A stretch of 63,711 nucleotides of DNA, the filler included, from Octopus bimaculoides (taxonomy: Eukaryota): NCBI RefSeq assembly GCF_001194135.2. It is 4 parts of 4 records of this genome, joined end to end, with 100 filler letters (N's around TTAATTAATTAA, not from the genome) between each part and the next. Parts side by side here need not be neighbours in the genome. Positions count along the whole stretch, not along the records: positions 10,806 to 42,263 come from NC_068989.1; 3 more parts are not named here. One strand, written 5' to 3'. The notes beneath the pieces are model-generated. The model saw nothing but the letters and a program-made list of their open reading frames with translations, made no database searches and was not told the DNA's origin. Shown here piece after piece: positions 12,502 to 26,266 of the stretch. Position 1 is the stretch's first letter. Each line of letters begins with the position of its first letter. A program made the translations under genes and the position numbers.

Positions 12502-13203
12502 TTTCTCTCACAAGCTCATACAGTGCTGAGCAAGATCTGATATTGATATTATAACGATGGCTACTCGGCTACTATTTATCTAAAAGGAGACAGCGGTTTC
12601 ACTTCTTATGTTAGAGAAAAGAGAAACATCTGTCTTGAGGTGGTCTTGTAAACTTTGAGAAATTTATAATAATACTTTATATAAAGGATGGAGAAAGAAA
12701 GATTTATAGTTTACCTCTACTGCTAACACTCTAGTAATTCATTTAATAATGTAGACTAAAATATTTTTAATGTTACTAAATCTACATACAATATGTACTA
12801 TATTTAGTGCAAGATATCTCAGTTAATGACAGAATTCTATATTCTAATTCTTTATTCTCAATCTTATATCGCGTCTCTTTTGTCATGATATATGTCTAAC
12901 GCATATGCAGATATATGTATGAGTATGTGAATATGTGTACGAGTGTATGTAGTAAGAGTGAGTGTTATCTGTGTCTGCGTATTTGTGTACATATGTGTAT
13001 ACAATATATAGAGAAGTATATGAACAAGTTGTAAATCTCCTTCCAATGGCCTTTAGAATCTTTAAGTGGTTCAACTACCTGCAAGAAATAGCAGTAAAAA
13101 CTTCTCCAAATAACGAAACTGTCTTAAAAACAACAATTGCGCAAATGGCAACGTAATTCCATAACAAAACGGGAGGGTCATATCTGAAATGTCTCTAACA
13201 ATC

Positions 13204-13356
13204 CTTTCTACTATAGGCACAAGGCCTGAAATTTGGGGATAGTGGGGCTGCAGATTACATCGACACAAGTGTTCAAGTGTTACATATTCTATCAACCCCG
13301 AAATGATGTAAAGCAAACTGGTATTTGATCTCAGAACCTGAAGACGAACAAAATGA
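13204..13356 (-). mobile_element. Degenerate SINE 3' half
   Basis: ggcacaaggcctgaaattt...gattacatcgac is the reverse of the SINE tail. Confidence 0.6.
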
Positions 13357-13438
13357 AAAGTCTCTAATAATTTATTATTTTATTAGCCACAAGGGCTAAA
13401 TGTCTGAAACAATAGATCACAACAACACAAACAACTTC

Positions 13439-13488
<50 letters not shown>

Positions 13489-13490
<2 letters not shown>

Positions 13491-14566
13491 TACAACGCAC
13501 AGAAGGTGGCAGGGGTCTTATACAGCTAGAAAACTATTATAAAATAACCACCATAGGACTGCAAAAATACGTACTCCAGAAGCAAGGGAAACTAATACAA
13601 ATAGCCACAAAACACGAGCAAAACAAAAAACTGTTTTCAGTATTTAAGGAAGCTGACAAATACAAACAAGAAATCAATCTACCTAACAAATACGAAGAAG
13701 AAGAAGAAGAAGAAACAACAAAAGCTATAAAACAANNNNNNNNNNNNNNNNNNNNNNNNNNNNNNNNNNNNNNNNNNNNNNNNNNNNNNNNNNNNNNNNN
13801 NNNNNNNNNNNNNNNNNNNNNNNNNNNNNNNNNNNNNNNNNNNNNNNNNNNNNNNNNNNNNNNNNNNNNNNNNNNNNNNNNNNNNNNNNNNNNNNNNNNN
13901 NNNNNNNNNNNNNNNNNNNNNNNNNNNNNNNNNNNNNNNNNNNNNNNNNNNNNNNNNNNNNNNNNNNNNNNNNNNNNNNNNNNNNNNNNNNNNNNNNNNN
14001 NNNNNNNNNNNNNNNNNNNNNNNNNNNNNNNNNNNNNNNNNNNNNNNNNNNNNNNNNNNNNNNNNNNNNNNNNNNNNNNNNNNNNNNNNNNNNNNNNNNN
14101 NNNNNNNNNNNNNNNNNNNNNNNNNNNNNNNNNNNNNNNNNNNNNNNNNNNNNNNNNNNNNNNNNNNNNNNNNNNNNNNNNNNNNNNNNNNNNNNNNNNN
14201 NNNNNNNNNNNNNNNNNNNNNNNNNNNNNNNNNNNNNNNNNNNNNNNNNNNNNNNNNNNNNNNNNNNNNNNNNNNNNNNNNNNNNNNNNNNNNNNNNNNN
14301 NNNNNNNNNNNNNNNNNNNNNNNNNNNNNNNNNNNNNNNNNNNNNNTAATAAAAAAAATATTCAGACAAATACATAACAAAAACACCAGGACTTACAAAT
14401 ATATATAACATACAGAAAATTGCACTACTGGGTACTGCACACATTCTACGCAAAACACTTTCAATACAGTAAACATAAGAGCACCACAGCAAACCACAGC
14501 ACATACCCAAGGCGCACAGAGCTGCGCTCGTTAGTGAAGTGAAAGCACGTTATAAAAATAAAACTA

Positions 14567-14569
<3 letters not shown>
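13489..14569 (+). mobile_element. 5'-truncated R4/Dong-like LINE flanked by (AAT)n on both sides (spans a gap)
   Basis: IQRTEGGRGLIQLENYYKITTIGL... before the gap; IQKIALLGTAHILRKTLSIQ* plus a short UTR after it. (AAT)n at about 13439-13490 and 14570-14640. Confidence 0.85.
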
Positions 14570-14642
<73 letters not shown>

Positions 14643-14644
14643 TT

Positions 14645-15110
14645 TTTGTTTATTGTCCACCAGGGCCGAACACAAAACATAGAGGCCGATACCCAGACGA
14701 GGGACAGTGAGGTTAAACGTGTAAACAGCAAATAAACACAACGATTAACAAAAAGATTAAATCAACAGGGTGGGGTTCCACCGTAAGATGACCAAAGAGA
14801 CCTCACGCACTTCGGCCCCATAACACCAACGGCTCCTCAGGAATGCACCCTCTCTTCTCCCTTCCATCCGGTCTACAGGCGCACACTTAGAGGAGGCCCA
14901 TTCAAACGGGCCATACTTGCCACATTGACCCACCTTTCAACGAATTACTAGGTGACAGTACATCCCTCTCCAGCCTACCTTTCCTTTTCAGGTGGAACCT
15001 GAAAAAGTCAATGAGGCCTTGACCAAAGAGGAACGTACCTGTCTTCGACCTTTTCAACCGCACCCACAACAAAACCTCTTTTGCCATAGTCACCAGACAG
15101 ATCTTAAGAA
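14645..15110 (-). mobile_element. L1/Tx1-type LINE 3' end
   Basis: AKEVLLWVRLKRSKTGTFLFGQGLIDFFRFHLKRKGRLER..., then frameshifted KFVERWVNVASMARLN. The UTR ends in aataaa next to (ATT)n. Similar ends occur at 13376 and 60333. Confidence 0.65.
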
Positions 15111-15199
15111 AAAAGGGAAATTACCTAACAAGCTTAAATAACCTCATCTATTCCAGTCCTAAAGTTGTAACTTCTGAACAAGGTATCAGGACGACACGG

Positions 15200-17510
15200 A
15201 AAAGGATCAACCATATCAATTGACCTTCTTAGTGGAAAGTAGCAATATAAAAAGAGATTGAATCTCTGCGGGCGAATGTATCAGTTCTCTATGAATTTGC
15301 TTGATGAGTAAATGTTAAGACGAATCAAGCTAGAAAAATAAAGCAAAAATATAAAATCAAAGATTTTATAAACCTCCCTGCAACCAAAGAACTATTGAAA
15401 CAGCAAATACAACAGCTTAGAATCAAATTTTATCGACATAACAGGCTATTCAAGATGGATGTAAAAAGTTTTATAGGAAAATTGGCAAAAGTAAGATAGA
15501 AGTAAAGGAACCACCTAAGACTGAGGAAATGGGAGATTCTGGAAGAAGTTATGGTGCTACAAAAAAGATTATAAAGTTGAAGCTGATTGGATAGAGCATG
15601 AGAAAGTGAGACTGGAAGAGCAGAAATGGGAGGCAATAGGAAGAGTAGAACCAAGATGTGTTCTTAGAAAGTCTCACAAATTCAAGTCTAAACTATAGTT
15701 AGGGATTGAGCCAATCCAACAACATCAACATCAAACGAGACATCTTTCAAGGTGACACCTTCTCCCCATTACTCTTTTGCATGGCACTGACCGCAATCTC
15801 AATCGAATTGAATACCACCAGGTACGGGTACAAAGTTTATAATACCATAATGAACCATCTGTTCTATATGGATGATTTGAAGCTGTTTGATAGAAATGAC
15901 CAAGTGCTATCAGGGTTCCTAACAACTGTTAAAGACTTCAGCAATGACTTCGGGATGGATATTGGCCTCGATAAGTGTGCTGAAGCAACTTTTGTAAGAG
16001 GCAAGCTTAGACAAACAGCTTCCATTGAATTACATATCAACGCTACCATCAAGGAACTTGACCCACAAGAAAGTTATAAATACCGGGAGATAAACGAAGG
16101 CGATTATATACAACATGCTACTATGAAGGAAAAGTAAGAAAGGACTACTACGGGAGAGTAAGGCTCATACTAAAAACTTAACTAAACTCCTAAAATCACA
16201 TCGAGGCCATGAACACTCTCGCACTTCCAGTAGTCCAATATAGTTTTAACGTCATTAACTGGAATCATAGAGAGTTCCAACGCCTGGAAAGGAAGACAGG
16301 AAAACTACTAGCATCTATGAACATGCACCACACAAAAGCGGACGACGTTGATCGTCTGTACCTACCTAGAAGAAATGGGGGAAGGAAGAGGAATATAATG
16401 CAGGTAGAACTGTGTTATAATACCTCCATAATAGCAATGAACAAGTATTTATCAAATACAGAGGACTGGATGCTGCGGCTTCCGTGCAAAAATAAAAGCA
16501 GCAAAAAATCATATTCTATTGTCAAGGAAGCTTGTAAATTCGGAAGTGAAATTGTTAGTAACCCTGAATTAGATGAAGAACCTGAAACCACTTCAATCAA
16601 ACAAGCAAATCGGAGAAGTGGTAGAGCCAGAGGCCTCTGTATGAACAGTATATACTTCAACTTCGAAATGCTGATGTAGACGAAGCAGCAACCAATCAGT
16701 AGCTGAGATGTCCGGGACTGAAAGCAGAGACTGTAGGTTTCATATTGGCGGCAGAAGATCAAACTTGCTTACCAAAAACTACCAAGTTGATGTGCTTCAA
16801 AACAGTCCTGACTCTAAGTGCTGATTCTGCGACACATTTGATGAAACAATAGACCATCATGTCTGGGGCTAACTTGTGCTGACACCAAAGGAATACAAAA
16901 ATCGCCACGATAGTGTAGAACAGTGTTTACAGTGGAAATATGTAAACACTTCAAAATCAGCACTCCTGCTTACAGGTATGAACGTGATCCCGAGCCAGTC
17001 GTTGAAGGTAAAAATGTCACTATCCTCTGAGATATTCTAGTAAACACCGACAGAATGATCCAGGCTAACAACCAGACAAAGTCATTCAATACTGGGCAGG
17101 AAATACTTGTAGACTAATAGATGTAAGTGCTCCCGCTAATAAAAATATCCATAAAGGAATTTGACAAATTAAGTAAATATAAGGACCTGGAAATTGAAAT
17201 ACAAAGGATGTGGCATCTTAAAGCGAGAACTGTTCCTCTTATTGTAGGTGCCATAGGTATGATAAAAAAGGGGTGACAGAAACATCTAGATAACATCGCA
17301 GGAGAGCCATATCTCAATGAAATCCAAAAGAGTGTGCTGACAAGTACTTGCCACATCCTTAGAAAAACATTATCACTTTAAATATCTGGCTTGTATTACA
17401 TGAAGATATTTCGCTACTCCCCGTGCCACGTCTCCTTCCGAAGATTTCGGTCATACTGTAACTTCTCTTATCCTTTACTCACCTTAGGACGCTGGGTGTG
17501 CCTCGGGAAG
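15200..17510 (+). pseudogene. Decayed R4/Dong-like LINE: RT, zinc knuckle, RLE endonuclease and 3' UTR
   Basis: IFQGDTFSPLLF, YMDDLKLF (15865-15888), C*FCDTFDETIDH, RHDSV, CRLIDVSAP, KLSKYKDLEIEIQRMW, ILRKTLSL* (stop 17379-17381). Many frameshifts. Confidence 0.92.
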
Positions 17511-17530
17511 TGATTGTAACATGGGTGAGC

Positions 17531-17801
17531 ATGTTGAGAAGAATTCTTCGGTGTTTGAATAATTCACCTCCCGGAGCATGAGTGTTTCTTTCAACATCCT
17601 TAAACAAACCTTATTCAGAGACCTTTGGAACGGGCCGGGCTACTCAGTTTATCTTGATATAAAATCATCATATCGCGCACATGTGGTTGTGAAACATGTG
17701 TCTGGTGTACCTTTATCATACGGGTAGTCATGATGGCTATATTGGGCTTCGTATAATTGTACCCCGGTGTTGCTGTGATGGCATGCGTTGCTCTCTCACT
17801 C
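17531..17801 (+). mobile_element. Partial second copy of element X
   Basis: Homologous to about 455-771; followed by aataacaataataat. Confidence 0.7.
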
Positions 17802-17955
17802 AATAACAATAATAATGTTTGCCTCTTGGCATGACCAGAATTATCAGGAAAGTATTAGATAATTGAAAATAAATAGATAGCACGGTACCGTAGGCTGCAG
17901 GCGGTAAGCCCGCTACGTATGCAAGACCCCAAGAGTTACAACAAAACCTGAGATA

Positions 17956-18331
<376 letters not shown>

Positions 18332-18403
18332 TGGGCATTTGGCGTAGTGGTTAAGAGCGCGGGCTACTAACCCCAAGATTCCGAGTTCTATTCCAGGCAG
18401 TGA

Positions 18404-18444
<41 letters not shown>

Positions 18445-18657
18445 GTAATAATAATAACAACAACAACAACAACATCGAAAAATACCTTAGGAATGAGAAC
18501 CCAGGTTCCAAATTTCCCCAAACACTTGATGAAGGCTGGAGGGTATATCAGCCGAAACGTTGAGTTAACAACAAACAAGATGAGGACAAATATCCGCCAT
18601 ATGTCAATAATGTAAATAATGTACATAATTCTTCATCTCTTAAATATATAAAACCTG
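18332..18657 (+). mobile_element. tRNA-head + (AAT)n + hammerhead-tail SINE-like unit, right arm
   Basis: A box tggcgtagtgg (18340-18350) and B box gagttctattcc. HHR at 18521-18566 reads aacac ttgatga a ggctg-loop-cagcc gaaac gtt gagtt. Confidence 0.8.
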
Positions 18658-18688
18658 AATTTAAAAAATAATTATAATTATAATAGCG

Positions 18689-18738
<50 letters not shown>

Positions 18739-18859
18739 ATGATGTATTTACATTTAAATTTAAATATATTGACATATAATGATGTGTATTCATAATGCCT
18801 TTTTCAATACTTTTCTCGGCAATTACACAAACATCTCTTGTATATTCCAAGCTTTATAC

Positions 18860-19269
18860 TTTCTAAAAGTTCAAAACGTTTCCTGCGCAGAACTTTGACA
18901 CCGTTGTGGATTTTGTAAATGGAGTAATTTCAACCATGTTTCGTGGTCTGCTACCACAGCAGCTCCTTTATAGGATCCAGTTAGCTCAAGACATCATCAG
19001 GAGGAACCACGTCCGGTTTCGGCCCCTACTCCTCTACCGTTTTGACGTGGCGGGGCCACCCCCTTTCGGAGGTGTCTTCAGCTCTGGTGTTGGGTGCATG
19101 TCTTCTTTCACTGTTTGTGACTGTTCTAATTCTACTGTGGAATGTCCCTCGCTATGGTTATTTTCCAGGAGGTTCTGGCCACACGTCTTACGGTTCATCA
19201 ACCCGCGTTGTTGACTTACTTTCTTCCGACATACCTTCCCTTGATGGATTAGGATCCAGTTAGCTCAAG
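18860..19269 (-). repeat. GC-richer structured block with hammerhead half-motifs; 19-mer repeated at a 279-bp period next to a gap
   Basis: aggatccagttagctcaag at 18972-18990 and 19251-19269. The minus strand carries ctgaaga, gaaac, ctgatga, gaaac in that order. Confidence 0.55.
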
Positions 19270-20251
19270 NNNNNNNNNNNNNNNNNNNNNNNNNNNNNNN
19301 NNNNNNNNNNNNNNNNNNNNNNNNNNNNNNNNNNNNNNNNNNNNNNNNNNNNNNNNNNNNNNNNNNNNNNNNNNNNNNNNNNNNNNNNNNNNNNNNNNNN
19401 NNNNNNNNNNNNNNNNNNNNNNNNNNNNNNNNNNNNNNNNNNNNNNNNNNNNNNNNNNNNNNNNNNNNNNNNNNNNNNNNNNNNNNNNNNNNNNNNNNNN
19501 NNNNNNNNNNNNNNNNNNNNNNNNNNNNNNNNNNNNNNNNNNNNNNNNNNNNNNNNNNNNNNNNNNNNNNNNNNNNNNNNNNNNNNNNNNNNNNNNNNNN
19601 NNNNNNNNNNNNNNNNNNNNNNNNNNNNNNNNNNNNNNNNNNNNNNNNNNNNNNNNNNNNNNNNNNNNNNNNNNNNNNNNNNNNNNNNNNNNNNNNNNNN
19701 NNNNNNNNNNNNNNNNNNNNNNNNNNNNNNNNNNNNNNNNNNNNNNNNNNNNNNNNNNNNNNNNNNNNNNNNNNNNNNNNNNNNNNNNNNNNNNNNNNNN
19801 NNNNNNNNNNNNNNNNNNNNNNNNNNNNNNNNNNNNNNNNNNNNNNNNNNNNNNNNNNNNNNNNNNNNNNNNNNNNNNNNNNNNNNNNNNNNNNNNNNNN
19901 NNNNNNNNNNNNNNNNNNNNNNNNNNNNNNNNNNNNNNNNNNNNNNNNNNNNNNNNNNNNNNNNNNNNNNNNNNNNNNNNNNNNNNNNNNNNNNNNNNNN
20001 NNNNNNNNNNNNNNNNNNNNNNNNNNNNNNNNNNNNNNNNNNNNNNNNNNNNNNNNNNNNNNNNNNNNNNNNNNNNNNNNNNNNNNNNNNNNNNNNNNNN
20101 NNNNNNNNNNNNNNNNNNNNNNNNNNNNNNNNNNNNNNNNNNNNNNNNNNNNNNNNNNNNNNNNNNNNNNNNNNNNNNNNNNNNNNNNNNNNNNNNNNNN
20201 NNNNNNNNNNNNNNNNNNNNNNNNNNNNNNNNNNNNNNNNNNNNNNNNNNN

Positions 20252-21230
20252 NTCCCAAATCCGTGGCCAGCTCCCAGTATCCCTTCCATCTTTCGTCTAT
20301 CTCGTATATTTTATTTGGAGGCCTGATCTTATATCCTTTTCCCTCCTTCTGGAAGTATATTTTCCTGCGTTTTTCCACTTTGGGGTACTCTCCCCTATTG
20401 TATCCCTCGATCTTCTCCTTGAGTGCTGCTCTTATGACGCCGAGGACTTGATTATGGCGCCATGTATACCTTTCTAGTGCTAGTCTGCAGCTTGACAGAA
20501 CGTGTCTCACCGTCGCTTTCTCTCCGCATCCACATTCATCGGTTGTTTTTATGTTCCATCGGACTAAGTTCGCCGGTGAGGGTAGAACGTCGGAGTTAGA
20601 CTTGATCAGGAAGGATGTTCTTGCTTGTTCCCAAGCCCAAATTTCCTTCCATGAGATTCTGCGACTGACCACGTATTCCTCCCATCTCAGGCACTGCCCC
20701 TGTTGACTACATTGCACCAAATATACATTCCCCTTTTCTTCTTCCTCCTTTCTCACTTCGTGTACCACTGCCTCTTTCATCTCTTTTATACTGCTCTTGC
20801 AAAATGGCCTGAAATTGCGCTTCCCTAGGCCGGCTCTTGCTTCTTGCATTGCTCCAACTATATCAGCATGCCTTAGTATTTCGATCGCCCTGTTTACTGC
20901 CTCTTCCGCATTCCATTTCATCCCTGTTCGTACCTTTGGAGGGTTTTCTCGGATGCTCTGATCTTTTGAATACCTTAGAATCATTACTGTCCTCGCCTTT
21001 CCTGCTTTATATTCTTCGGTGATCGATGTTATTGGTAGTTGCAGCACGGGTTTTCCATATAGTGAGGTTGTATTCAGTGGTTTCGGTAGACCAAGCCATT
21101 TTCTGATAAACACACTGCATCTTTGTTCTATCTTTTCTACTCTACTCAAGGCTATTTCGTACATTTGCAATGGCCACATTATCCTTGGGTACAGTCCAAA
21201 TTGCAGTATCCAACATTTGAAATTACAACC
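20252..21230 (-). CDS. HERO-like RLE non-LTR retrotransposon ORF segment (post-RT region and zinc knuckle), 5'-truncated, running into a gap
   Basis: More than 320 stop-free codons, including KCWILQFGLYPRIMWPLQMYE, LQLPITSITEEYK, VRTGMKW, DVLPSPANL, CGCGEKATVRHVLSSC and RYTWRHNQVL. Confidence 0.85.
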
Positions 21231-22917
21231 GGATATTTTTCCATTCCATTTCAAATATTTAGTTAATGCCTATTTATTAAAACGGATGTTTTAATGTTGT
21301 TATTCTTTGAGCAATAAAATAAATTCTACAAACACTGTGGCATTATGATAACACAATATTACACTAAAATTACTGTATTTATATTACATTTACTTTAGAA
21401 ATAATGCAAATATTGATAGAGGATAACTTTGAAATAAGATATAACAAAGTTTCGAAAATTATAGACTTTGACTTATATTTTAAAATTTTATCATTTGATT
21501 TAGCTTTGTATTTGGTTTGCCGGATTCTTGATATGAATTCGTGTGTTGAAACAAATCTTGTTGTGCCTTGGGAGGGTCATTACACTAGTAATAATAAACA
21601 CGTGCACTCGTGCGTGTATTAATTACTATTGACGTAAGGAAGATCCTAAGACACACAATTTATCATTTGATTTAAATGGAAAAATCTGACAATTATTGTC
21701 TACAGATGTTAAATAATTGCAAAAGTTTCAAATATCAAATAATCAAATTTTAATTATTCAAATGACGAATACGAAGATTAATTAATTTTATACATACCAC
21801 TAACAATTTTGATTGGGTTGATCTAAATATATTCAAGACTGCATTTGATTCCAGATCCCTAGAATTAAAATGCTAATTTCTGTTAAAGATAGGGAATTAT
21901 CGGAATATCTGCAATGTAATCTTTATTTTCTATTCATTTTATGCTGAAGCATGCAGAGATGGTAGAATCAAGTAATGTTATATGACAGCGAGAGAAACAG
22001 ATTATTATGTCCGTGACAATTGCAAGAAACTAGCGAAGGAGTTGTTGATGTATTCACAATGAATATCAAATACTAAACACACGTCCAGATGTTCGAGCAA
22101 CAAAGAAGATAATTTAAATGAAATTTAAATTCGGAAACATCAATAAATTGATACCCATTCATGTTTGCAAAATATTTCTGGAAATAGATTAGGTATTAAT
22201 GAAGTAAGTTTCAGAGTATAGCTGGCATTGGATTTCTTCTAGATAATTCCGAAAATTTCTCCTGTTGACAATATTTTTACATCTGTCCGCCTATGTCTCT
22301 TATTAATGTGTGTTATTGCAAGAAGAGAGCTTTTAGTAATATTTTGATAATACATGAGAAAAACTAAGTCATTTTTCTATCGTGTAAAACCTCTCAAGAC
22401 AAATGTATCGCAGCATTAGAAATGAGCTATTCTACAATTTTGTTATTTACAATAAACAAATAATACTATTATATAATATTAGCGATTGATTTTCAAATAA
22501 TAGCCTATAACTATATTATATATTGTATGACATTGTTTGTCGACTATCTCTGAAATATTCAATTACACGGCTTCACACTGCCACATATAATAACAGTGAC
22601 CATATTGTGAGCTACTTAGCCTTGTATCTCACCACTTCTCCCCCTATTTCTCTTTCACTCACAATTAACATTATGTTGCGCTGAGTTGAAAATCAATATA
22701 TGAATTAATATTTAAGAATTCAATGCTTTAAATGTTAGATTTCAGTGATCATGCGGAACGGTTTAGAATATATTACTTAATTTTAGATACCTTTCTGGAT
22801 TAACATAATAAATAGTTCTTTGCCGTATTCTTCCACAGCTCGAATAAGAAAAGTCTTCTACGAAGCTTACATTTTACTAGAAAATCTTCAAATAATCTAG
22901 CAATTAATATTATTCGC

Positions 22918-23368
22918 CGGGCTAAGACAGTGTGCTGGCAGAACCGTTAGCACGCCGGGCGAAGTGCTTCGCGACATTTTGCTCGTCTTCACATTCTGAG
23001 TTCAAATTCCGCTACGGTCGACTTTGCATTTCATCTTTTCAGCGTCGATAAAATAAGTAGCAATGGGGTTGATGTAATCGACTTACCGCTCCCCTGAAAT
23101 TGCTGGCTCTGTGCCAAAATTTGAAAGCAATATTATTAGCTAGGCTAAAGCAACGAGCTAGCAGACTCTTTACCACGCCGGGCAAAATGCTTAGCGACAT
23201 TTCGTCCGCCTTTACGTACTGAGTCCAAATACCACTGAGGTCGACTTTGCCTTTCATCCTTTTGGGGTCAATAAAATAAATATCAGTTCAGCGTTGGGAT
23301 CGACGTAATCGATTTAACCGCTACCCCGACATTGCTTGCCTTTTGCCAAAATTTGAAACCAATATTAT
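22918..23368 (+). mobile_element. Two tandem tRNA-derived SINE copies (about 22918-23135 and 23143-23368)
   Basis: Each has gctggcaga..gttagcacgccgggc, gtcgactttgc.tttcatc and a ccaaaatttgaaa tail. Confidence 0.85.
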
Positions 23369-24313
23369 AAACTGGGCTTTTTTTAGCAACTGGGCTGTTG
23401 AAATACAAATAGTTTCGAATATCAGTAATAATGTAAATTGATCGCAATATTTATGGTCTCTTGTGGAATCTCAATTCCTGAATCTTACAGACTATTAATT
23501 CCATGAGATTAATTAGACATGATGCTTTTGTTTTCTCCAAAGTCATTGTGAACATAAATGAGGCATAAAGCGCTTCAGCCGAGCATCGAAATAAGAGTTA
23601 GAAACAGGACCTGCATGAGTCCACAAACTTCCAATCTTCAAACGAAATTACTGGTACTTTCCGACTATGTATTCACGTATTCATGCAAAAAATACCAGCC
23701 ACTGGTGATGAATTTTTATGCATTGAATGTTGTTTAGTTATACACGTCTTCAAACAAAATAAATATCACAAAAAACCTTATCTGTTATGATTCCCGACAT
23801 TTTCACACCATTTACTTACTTCTGGTAGTTACAGTAGATATATTTACATCGATAAATATTTACATTCGATGGAAATATTTCTAGAACATTGTGAGTAGTC
23901 AATGTTTCATCATGTGGCTTGCAAATGTGATTATAACTGCATAAGAATTGTAATTAAGTATCTTTATCTAAATTGTTGTTTATTTAATTACCTACATTTT
24001 TCGATCAAATATGTCATTTAGAAATTTTCATGGTGTTTCGGCGTCTGAGATATATTATAGGAAAATCAATGAAGGAGGACGAATTGATTCTGAAATCATT
24101 TTCATATTGCCTTCCCACAGATGTTGCGAGATAGTGCAGTAAGACACTTTGGTTACCAGACATGAAGATATTACAGAGATATTTAAGTTAAATGTGCTTC
24201 ATATTTATTGACAGACTTGAGATGGGTGTATAAATGCGTTTTCGGTTATAAAAACAAGAAAGGTAGTGTTAAGCGATTCGATTGGTATGGGAAATTGATT
24301 GTACGTTGTAAAC

Positions 24314-24351
<38 letters not shown>

Positions 24352-24361
24352 NNNNNNNNNN

Positions 24362-24399
<38 letters not shown>

Positions 24400-24459
24400 G
24401 TTTAGCACAAAACTTTGAAATATACTTATTTACAAAGGATGTATTATGGTATCGCGACT

Positions 24460-25858
24460 CTAACATGATGTTCTGAATGCGGCAAAGACTATATCGTTGG
24501 CACAATACGACCACTTCATGTCCGAATTAAGGAGTATCTCACAACCAACGCGTCCGTCCCTCTTCTGCAAACACCTGACCAGGTGTGGCAACACTACGAA
24601 AGACGCCTCCATACTAGCCTCTGAGAATAACACCAGCAATTTACTTATAAAAGAGACTGCTGATAAACTGCTTCAATCCGATAATTAACAGTCGATTGGA
24701 GCTGAGCCGGTGGCTCCTATGACAGTAGCCAACAAATGGGGAATGACCTACAACAGCAGTCGAGATTCTTTTACACCAACACTCGTACATCTGGCAACAA
24801 TTGAAAAGCGACTGCCACTAGTATTACTGATAATACGCCGTTGTACATCTAATATCCACCAGCTACTATCAGTTATAGCCACTAACACACACTTCGATTT
24901 CTTGAACAACACCTATAAAGAGTGTTCGGGTCTACCTATGGTGTCCAGCCAGTCACACATGCTCGCTAGTGCCTACTTAGAGTGGCTTGAGCGTGGGGCA
25001 CTCAGAACCTGCCACGCATGTGTCTTTTTTGTCAGGTATGTGGACGACATTCCCATACTCGCACCACCGCAAAACAGGTCTCCACTATACTGGAGAATTT
25101 CAATGTAATGGACCAACATATTAGCTTCACCATTGAACACCCTAACAATGATGGTTCGCTCCCCTTGCTTGACGTTCGTCTAAATTTTACAGATGAGGGG
25201 AAAATTGATACGGTGTTCTAGAGAAAATCTGCTTCTCGGGATCTCTTCGTCCAATCTAAATCGGCCATTCCTATCAACGCCAAGTTGAACTACGCACATA
25301 ACGAGATCGCTCGGATACGCAAAAAAATTCAGTGACAACACCAACTGAGACAACATGTTACTCAGTTCCTAAAGACACTTGCGGCCAAAGGATGTTTTAC
25401 GTCCGTCTCTAACTCCATACAGGAACACAAGCCAGCTAAACGTTGCAAGAGGGATCTTTCGTAAGCCTGTTTCCTAAAGATTCTTCATTTCAATTAAAAG
25501 ACCACCTCCGCCATCTACAAAAGCTATCTGCAGGGAAGGATTCAAAATGTGGTTTCCCCATTCAGGACGTCCCTACACGAACACCTAATAACGAGATGGT
25601 CACGTGCAGTACAACGGTGCTGCATCCTAATGAAGTACCCCATTTTCGACTGTAACGTGCTTACGTATGTGCTTTGTATGCCAAATACGAGAATAACACC
25701 AGCAATTTACTTATGAGAGAGGCTCTGCTGATCTACCGCTTGAACCCGAAAATTAACAGGCGATCGTAGTAGAGCCGGTGGCTCCTATGACAACATCCAA
25801 CAGATGGTGAATGACCTACAACAGCAGTCGAGATTCCTTTACACCAACACTCGTACAT
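24460..25858 (+). mobile_element. Decayed Penelope-like element with about 168-bp terminal direct repeats
   Basis: RT motifs GLPMVS, FVRYVDDI and LPLLDV; GIY-YIG tail CGKDYIV.T.RPLHVRIKE. Repeats at 24623-24790 and 25689-25858. Confidence 0.85.
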
Positions 25859-26230
25859 AATAAACATGCTTTCCTTCTGCTTAGTCTGTTGGAATATTTC
25901 AATTCATCAAAATGTAAACTCTATAATGTCCATGCTCTGAATTTCTTACATCTAGACTACTCAAAATGCAAACTTATTGTATATGTTTTGTAATTTAAGT
26001 TGGGTACGGAGTGAAACAATTGTAGGCAATGTTAAACAATTAATAAAATAATTTATATCCATTGAGTCTTTCCATTTTCATACTTAATAGATAATATTTG
26101 ATGTTTTACAATATATTTAATGAAGAAATATCTCTTCAAAATATAGGATATTAAAACAGGGTATCTTGGATAAGACTATTCTTATAAGAGGTTTAAGTAT
26201 CTTCATAGTGTGAATGTGTGTGTTTGTGAA

Positions 26231-26266
<36 letters not shown>

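Noticed and set aside
18332-18405. Functional tRNA gene
   Set aside because: There is no proper acceptor stem, the ACT anticodon is atypical, and it is fused to the same downstream body in both copies, so it is a SINE head.
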